UHGV virus genome: UHGV-0006354
Length of the DNA stretch: 30,849 bases
Source: a virus
Direction: 5' to 3' (one strand)
The notes under the pieces are model-generated. The model saw only the letters and a list, made by a program, of their open reading frames with translations. It searched no databases and was not told where the DNA came from. A program made the position numbers and the translations under genes. Shown one piece after another: positions 25,679 to 30,849 of the stretch. The stretch's first letter is position 1. Each line of letters starts with the position of its first letter.

Positions 25679-26197
25679 ATGGCACTACCCCGCAAACTCA
25701 AATATCTGAACATGTTCAACGACGGTCTGAGCTACATGGGCGTTGTTGAATCCGTGACACTGCCGAAGCTGACCCGCAAGCTCGAAAACTATCGCGGCGG
25801 CGGTATGAATGGTGCGGCGGCGATTGACCTCGGTCTCGACGATGATGCGTTAACCGTCGAGTGGTCTGTCGGTGGCCTGCCTGATGTGGCGCTGTGGGCG
25901 CAGTACGCCGCGCCGGGTGCTGACGCTGTGCCGCTGCGTTTTGCTGGATCCTACCAGCGCGACGACACCGGCGAAATCATCGCGGTCGAGGTGGTCATGC
26001 GTGGCCGTCATAAAGAAATCGACGGCGGCGAAAATAAGCAGGGTGAAAACACCTCGACCAAACTGTCGACCGTTTGCACCTATTACCGCCTGACGATTGA
26101 TGGTAGCGACGTCATCGAAATCGACACCGTCAACATGGTCGAGAAGGTGAACGGCGTCGACCGTCTGGAACAGCACCGCCGCGCAATCGGGCTGTAA
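25679..26197 (+). CDS. FII: Tail tube protein (P2 FII)
   Basis: 172 aa, identical length to P2 FII. Confidence 0.9.
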   Translation: MALPRKLKYLNMFNDGLSYMGVVESVTLPKLTRKLENYRGGGMNGAAAIDLGLDDDALTVEWSVGGLPDVALWAQYAAPGADAVPLRFAGSYQRDDTGEIIAVEVVMRGRHKEIDGGENKQGENTSTKLSTVCTYYRLTIDGSDVIEIDTVNMVEKVNGVDRLEQHRRAIGL

Positions 26198-26258
26198 TTC
26201 CCTGACCGGTCAGCATGGCTGGCAGGTTATTAATCCCCTTTCAGAGCAGAGAAAAAAT

Positions 26259-26595
26259 CATGGCTAAAGCACCACGTAAAACCGCTGAATTTGTTGATAC
26301 GGCTGGCAATGAAATTGACACCGTAAACCCGAACGTCGTGACCCTCGACAAGCCGATTAAGCGCGCCGGTCAGACGATTGATAAAGTCACCCTGATTGAG
26401 CCGAACGCCGGTACCCTGCGCGGTGTCAGTCTGGCGGCGGTGGCGCAGTCTGAGGTCGATGCGCTGATTAAAGTCCTGCCCCGCATGACCTATCCCGCGC
26501 TCACCACGCAGGAACTGACCGCGATGAACCTGCCCGATATGCTGTCGCTGGCCGCTAAGGTGATTGGTTTTTTGTCACCGGCTTCGGCGGAGTAG
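26259..26595 (+). CDS. E: Tail assembly chaperone E (zero-frame product)
   Basis: 112 aa from ATG 26259; followed by the slippery site. Confidence 0.8.
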
Positions 26596-26747
26596 ACTTC
26601 CCGCCCGACCTGTCGACCGATGACCTGATGGCGGATATCGCGGTGATATTCCACTGGCCGCTATCAGAGCTCGATTCCCTGAGCCTGACCGAGCTCATCA
26701 CATGGCGCGAAAAGGCGCTGCAGCGTAGCGGACACCACAATGAGTAA
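26259..26747 (+). CDS. E': E+E' frameshift fusion product (tail assembly chaperone)
   Basis: Zero frame to 26573, then -1 frame to 26747; overlaps the T start at 26740. Confidence 0.65.
26568..26574 (+). other. Programmed -1 ribosomal frameshift slippery heptamer T_TTT_TTG for E/E'
   Basis: TTTTTTG near the 3' end of E; the -1 frame stays open to TAA at 26745-26747 and encodes ...DLMADIAVIFHWPLSELDSLSLTELITWREKALQRSGHHNE, matching my recollection of P2 E'. Confidence 0.75.
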
Positions 26748-29184
26748 TAACCTGAGACTTGAGGTTTTGCTGAAAGCGGTCGACCAGGCGACCCGACCGC
26801 TTAAATCCATCCAAACCGCGAGTAAAACCCTGTCGGGCGATATTCGCGACACACAAAAAGGGCTACGTGACCTGAACGGGCAGGCCGCGAAAATCGACGG
26901 CTTTCGCAAAACCAGCGCTCAACTGGCCGTAACCGGCCAGTCGCTGGAGAAGGCAAAGCGCGAGGCTGAAGCGCTTGCCACGCAATTCAAAAATACTGAG
27001 CGCCCGACGCGAGCGCAGGCACAGGTGCTCGAATCCGCAAAACGTGCCGCCGAGGGGCTGCAGGTTAAATACAACAGCCTCACCGAGTCGGTTAAACGCC
27101 AGCAACGCGAGCTGGGTGCTGCCGGTATCAATACCCGCAATCTGGCAAACGATGAGCGGGGGCTTAAAACACGCATCAGCGAGACGACGGCGCAGCTCAA
27201 CCGGCAGCGTGAAGCATTGGCGAAGGTCAGCGCACAGCAGGCGCACCTAAACCGAGTGAAAGAGCGATATAAATCGGGTAAGGAGCTTGCCGGTAACATG
27301 GCCGCTGCAGGTGCTGCCGGGGTCGGTATTGCGACAGCGGGAACGATGGCCGGGGTTAAATTGCTGATGCCCGGTTATGACTTTGCGCAAAAAAACTCCG
27401 AGCTGCAGGCCGTGCTTGGGGTCAATAAGCAGTCTCCAGAAATGCAGGCTCTACGCAAACAGGCGCGTCAGCTCGGCGATAACTCAGCGGCCTCAGCAGA
27501 TGATGCCGCCGCCGCGCAGATTATCGTAGCCAAATCTGGCGCAGATAAAGACGGCATAGTGGCGCAAACACCGGCCATTCTGAATATGTCGCTGGCAAAT
27601 AAAAAAACTATGGAGGAAAACGCCGCTTTGCTTATTGGCACCAAATCGGCATTCGGGCTCGCAGATGACAAGGCATCGCATATAGCAGATGTCATATCGA
27701 TGGCGATAAATAAAACACAGGCATCATTTGAGGGATTAAACGACTCACTTACATATGTTGGTCCAGTTGCCAAAGATGCCGGTGTCAGCCTAGAAGAAAC
27801 CGCCGCGATGCTGGGTGCGTTACACGATGCAAAAATCATAGGTTCGATGGCAGGAACCGGTAGCCGAGCTGTTTTAAGTCGACTGCAGGCTCCAACTGGC
27901 AAAGCCTATGATGCCATTAAAGAGCTTGGCGTTAAGACGATGGATAAAAAAGGCAATACACGGCCAATCTTTACCATCCTGAAAGAAATACAAGCCAGCT
28001 TTAAGCGCAACAACCTCGGTACAGGTCAAAAAGCCGAGTATATGAAAACGATATTCGGCGAGGAAGCCAGTTCCGCTGCAAGTGTGTTAATGGCCGCAGC
28101 GGCCAGTGGAAAACTGGATGAACTGACCAAGATAATTAAGGATTCTGACGGTAAAACCGAGGAATTGGTTAAGGTCATGCAGGATAACTTAGGTGGCGAC
28201 TTCAAAGAGTTTCAATCCGCTTATGAGGCCGTCGGTACCGACCTCTACGACCAGCAAGATAGCTCATTGCGTCAGCTAACTCAGACAGCAACACGGTATG
28301 TGCTAAAGCTTGATGACTGGATCAAAGACAACAAGGAGTTAGCGGAAACTATCGGCATCATCGCCGGTGGTGCGCTGGCGCTGATTGGTATCATCGGCGG
28401 CATTGGTCTCGTTGCGTGGCCGGTTGTCATGGGGATTAATGCCATTATCGCCGCTGCTGGCGTGCTGGGTACGGTCTTTACTGTCGTCGGTAGTGCCATT
28501 GCGACAGCGCTCGGTGCGATTACCTGGCCGATAGTGGCCGTCGGTGCGGCGATTGTGGCGGGGGCGCTACTCATCCGTAAATATTGGGAGCCCATCAGCG
28601 CATTTTTCTCGGGAGTGATTGAGGGCATCATGAGTGCCTTTGCCCCAGTCGGGGAAATGTTCGCTCCACTGGCTCCCATTTTTGATGGTCTCGGCGAGAA
28701 ACTGCGCGGCGTCTGGCAGTGGTTTAAAGACCTGATAGCACCGGTTAAGGCCACGCAGGAAACGCTTGATAGCTGCAAAAGTGTCGGCGTCATATTTGGT
28801 CAGGCACTGGCCTCTGCCTTGATGGCTCCGCTCAATGTTTTTAACAAGCTGCGCAGCGGTGTCGACTGGCTTCTCGAAAAGCTCGGCATCATCAACAAAG
28901 AGTCGGACAGCCTCGACCAGACCGCCGCCAAAACCAATGCCGCCACACAGGGTAATTCCTACATCCCGGCAACCAGCACATATGGCGGCTATCAGGCTTA
29001 TCAGCCAGTTACCGCACCGGCGGGGCGCTCTTACATTGACCAGAGCAAAAGCGAATACAACATCAATCTGCCGGGAGGTGTTGCGCCGGGGCATCAGCTT
29101 GACAGACAACTACGCGACACGCTCGAACAGATTGAGCGCGATAAACGCGCCCGCCAGCGTGCCAACATGACCCACGACTATTGA
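26740..29184 (+). CDS. T: Tail tape-measure protein (P2 gpT family)
   Basis: 814 aa; long coiled-coil N-terminal half, hydrophobic Gly/Ala-rich central segment; synteny E-T-U-D. Confidence 0.9.
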   Translation: MSNNLRLEVLLKAVDQATRPLKSIQTASKTLSGDIRDTQKGLRDLNGQAAKIDGFRKTSAQLAVTGQSLEKAKREAEALATQFKNTERPTRAQAQVLESAKRAAEGLQVKYNSLTESVKRQQRELGAAGINTRNLANDERGLKTRISETTAQLNRQREALAKVSAQQAHLNRVKERYKSGKELAGNMAAAGAAGVGIATAGTMAGVKLLMPGYDFAQKNSELQAVLGVNKQSPEMQALRKQARQLGDNSAASADDAAAAQIIVAKSGADKDGIVAQTPAILNMSLANKKTMEENAALLIGTKSAFGLADDKASHIADVISMAINKTQASFEGLNDSLTYVGPVAKDAGVSLEETAAMLGALHDAKIIGSMAGTGSRAVLSRLQAPTGKAYDAIKELGVKTMDKKGNTRPIFTILKEIQASFKRNNLGTGQKAEYMKTIFGEEASSAASVLMAAAASGKLDELTKIIKDSDGKTEELVKVMQDNLGGDFKEFQSAYEAVGTDLYDQQDSSLRQLTQTATRYVLKLDDWIKDNKELAETIGIIAGGALALIGIIGGIGLVAWPVVMGINAIIAAAGVLGTVFTVVGSAIATALGAITWPIVAVGAAIVAGALLIRKYWEPISAFFSGVIEGIMSAFAPVGEMFAPLAPIFDGLGEKLRGVWQWFKDLIAPVKATQETLDSCKSVGVIFGQALASALMAPLNVFNKLRSGVDWLLEKLGIINKESDSLDQTAAKTNAATQGNSYIPATSTYGGYQAYQPVTAPAGRSYIDQSKSEYNINLPGGVAPGHQLDRQLRDTLEQIERDKRARQRANMTHDY

Positions 29185-29197
29185 GGGGGATTAAACG

Positions 29198-29683
29198 ATG
29201 ATGCTTGCTCTCGGAATGTTTGTGTTTGAACTTCGCACCCTGCCTTACCAGTCGATGCAGCATTCGAAAGATTATCGCTGGGTGTCCAATGACCGGGTGG
29301 GTAAACCACCTGCCTATCAGTTTCTTGGCGAGGGGGAAACCTCTATACAGCTTGCTGGTACGCTATACCCCGCTATTACTGGCGGTTGGATCTCACTTAA
29401 GGCTGTAGAGGTGATGGCCAATGAAGGCAGAGCGTGGCCGTTGATAGAGGGAACCGGAAATATCCTCGGGATGTATATCGTCGATAAAGTATCGACTACA
29501 CGCACCGAGTTTTTCAGTGATGGTGCGGCCAGAAAGATTGATTTCACGCTTTCGCTAAAACGGGTTGATGAATCGCTGACAGAGATGTTTGGTGACCTGA
29601 ATAAACAGGCCAGTGAGCTTCTCGGCTCTGCCGGTAATTTGACAGATAAACTGCAGGGTATGCCCGGAGGTTTCACTGCATGA
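29198..29683 (+). CDS. U: Tail protein U
   Basis: 161 aa; MMLALGMFVFELRTLPYQ resembles the P2 U N-terminus. Confidence 0.85.
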   Translation: MMLALGMFVFELRTLPYQSMQHSKDYRWVSNDRVGKPPAYQFLGEGETSIQLAGTLYPAITGGWISLKAVEVMANEGRAWPLIEGTGNILGMYIVDKVSTTRTEFFSDGAARKIDFTLSLKRVDESLTEMFGDLNKQASELLGSAGNLTDKLQGMPGGFTA

Positions 29684-30849
29684 TAACGGGGATGACAATT
29701 GACGCCGGTGCCAGCCTTGCACCGGCTTTTATGCTGACGCTGAACAGTCAGGACATTACCAGCAACTTCAGCGACCGGCTGATTTCTCTCACCATGACGG
29801 ACAATAGGGGCTTTGAAGCTGACCAGCTCGACATTGAGCTCGATGACACCGATGGGAAAGTCGAGTTACCCCTGCGCGGGGCAGTGCTGACGTTGTGGCT
29901 TGGCTGGCAGGGTTCGGCGCTGCTGAATAAGGGGGATTTTACGGTCGATGAGATTGAGCACCGGGGGGCTCCTGATACCCTGACCATCCGGGCGCGCAGC
30001 GCGGACTTTCGCGGCACGCTAAATTCCAGGCGTGAAGAGTCATGGCACGACACTACCATCGGCGAACTGGTCAGTACCATCGCAAAGCGCAACAAACTGA
30101 CGGCCAGCATTGCGGAATCGCTGAAAAAAATCCCGGTACCGCATATCGACCAGTCGCAGGAATCCGACGCGGTATTTTTGAGTCGACTGGCTGACCGCAA
30201 CGGGGCAACGGTATCGGTGAAGGCAGGGAAACTGTTGTTTCTGAAAGCCGGTAGTGCGATGACGGCCAGCGGCAAACCCGTCCCGCAAATGACGCTGACC
30301 CGCAGTGATGGTGACCGTCATCAGTTTGCCATTGCCGACCGTGGGGCTTATACCGGCGTCACTGCTAAATGGTTGCACACCAAAGACCCGAAGCCACAAA
30401 AGCAGAAAGTAACGCTGAAACGCAAGCCAAAAGAGAAGCACCTGCGCGCACTGGAACACCCAAAAGCAAAGCCGGTCAGCAAAAAGACAAAGGTCAAAAA
30501 AGAACAGGAAGCACGTGAGGGTGAGTACATGGCCGGTGAAGCCGATAACGTGCTGGCGCTGACGACGGTCTACGCCTCAAAGGCACAGGCGATGCGCGCC
30601 GCTCAGGCTAAGTGGGATAAACTGCAGCGAGGCGTTGCGGAGTTTTCAATCACACTGGCGCTAGGGCGAGCGGATTTATTTCCTGAGACGCCTGTACGCG
30701 TGTCAGGCTTTAAGCGCGTCATAGACGAGCAGGCATGGTTAATCAGCAAGGTGACCCACAACCTCAATAATAACGGTTTCACGACGGGCTTAGAGCTTGA
30801 GGTTAAACTCTCCGATGTGGAGTACAGCTCAGAAGAAAATGAGGAGTGA
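29680..30849 (+). CDS. D: Tail protein D
   Basis: 389 aa (P2 D 387 aa); stop codon is the last triplet of the window. Confidence 0.85.
   Translation: MITGMTIDAGASLAPAFMLTLNSQDITSNFSDRLISLTMTDNRGFEADQLDIELDDTDGKVELPLRGAVLTLWLGWQGSALLNKGDFTVDEIEHRGAPDTLTIRARSADFRGTLNSRREESWHDTTIGELVSTIAKRNKLTASIAESLKKIPVPHIDQSQESDAVFLSRLADRNGATVSVKAGKLLFLKAGSAMTASGKPVPQMTLTRSDGDRHQFAIADRGAYTGVTAKWLHTKDPKPQKQKVTLKRKPKEKHLRALEHPKAKPVSKKTKVKKEQEAREGEYMAGEADNVLALTTVYASKAQAMRAAQAKWDKLQRGVAEFSITLALGRADLFPETPVRVSGFKRVIDEQAWLISKVTHNLNNNGFTTGLELEVKLSDVEYSSEENEE

Larger units (their letters stand above)
1..30849. mobile_element. P2/186-family (Peduoviridae) prophage, int end through tail gene D; window ends at D stop, so the right end (ogr/B, attR) is outside
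   Basis: Complete P2-type synteny with sizes matching P2 proteins (Q 348 aa, P 589, O 284, N 355, L 169, X 67, K 165, W 115, J 302, FII 172, D 389); 186-type CI and CII regulators; P2/186-type cos motif. Confidence 0.9.

Noticed and set aside
1-30849. CRISPR arrays, rRNA genes, insertion sequences or transposase genes
   Set aside because: No regularly spaced short repeats, no rRNA-like conserved stretches, and no transposase-like ORFs or terminal inverted repeats were seen; the only recombinases are the phage integrase and the invertase remnant.

Overview
The window is almost entirely one integrated P2/186-family temperate myovirus prophage (186-like immunity region), running from the integrase end to the stop of tail gene D. 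Order: terminator and probable attL side (1-158), int, a small secreted cargo protein, a CI-type repressor, the lysis/lysogeny switch, apl/cox-like and cII-like regulators, small early genes, a TraR/DksA zinc finger, replication endonuclease A, a LexA-boxed tum/DinI-like SOS module, cos (8294-8312), then the late genes Q P / O N M L X Y K lysB lysC R S / V W J I H G / FI FII E-E' T U D. Three AT-rich cargo insertions interrupt the GC-rich backbone: a secreted protein between int and cI; an HExxH-motif protein between cos and portal gene Q; and a membrane-anchored pentapeptide-repeat protein between S and V, with a tRNA-like scar beside it. The last two are the best candidates for an undescribed prophage-encoded function such as phage defence or superinfection exclusion. 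A decayed invertible tail-fibre cassette with a frameshifted, truncated invertase sits between G and FI. All calls rest on reading the ORF translations, motifs and synteny against remembered P2/186 proteins; no database search was run. CDS coordinates follow the supplied ORF track; hand-derived site coordinates may be off by 1-2 nt.
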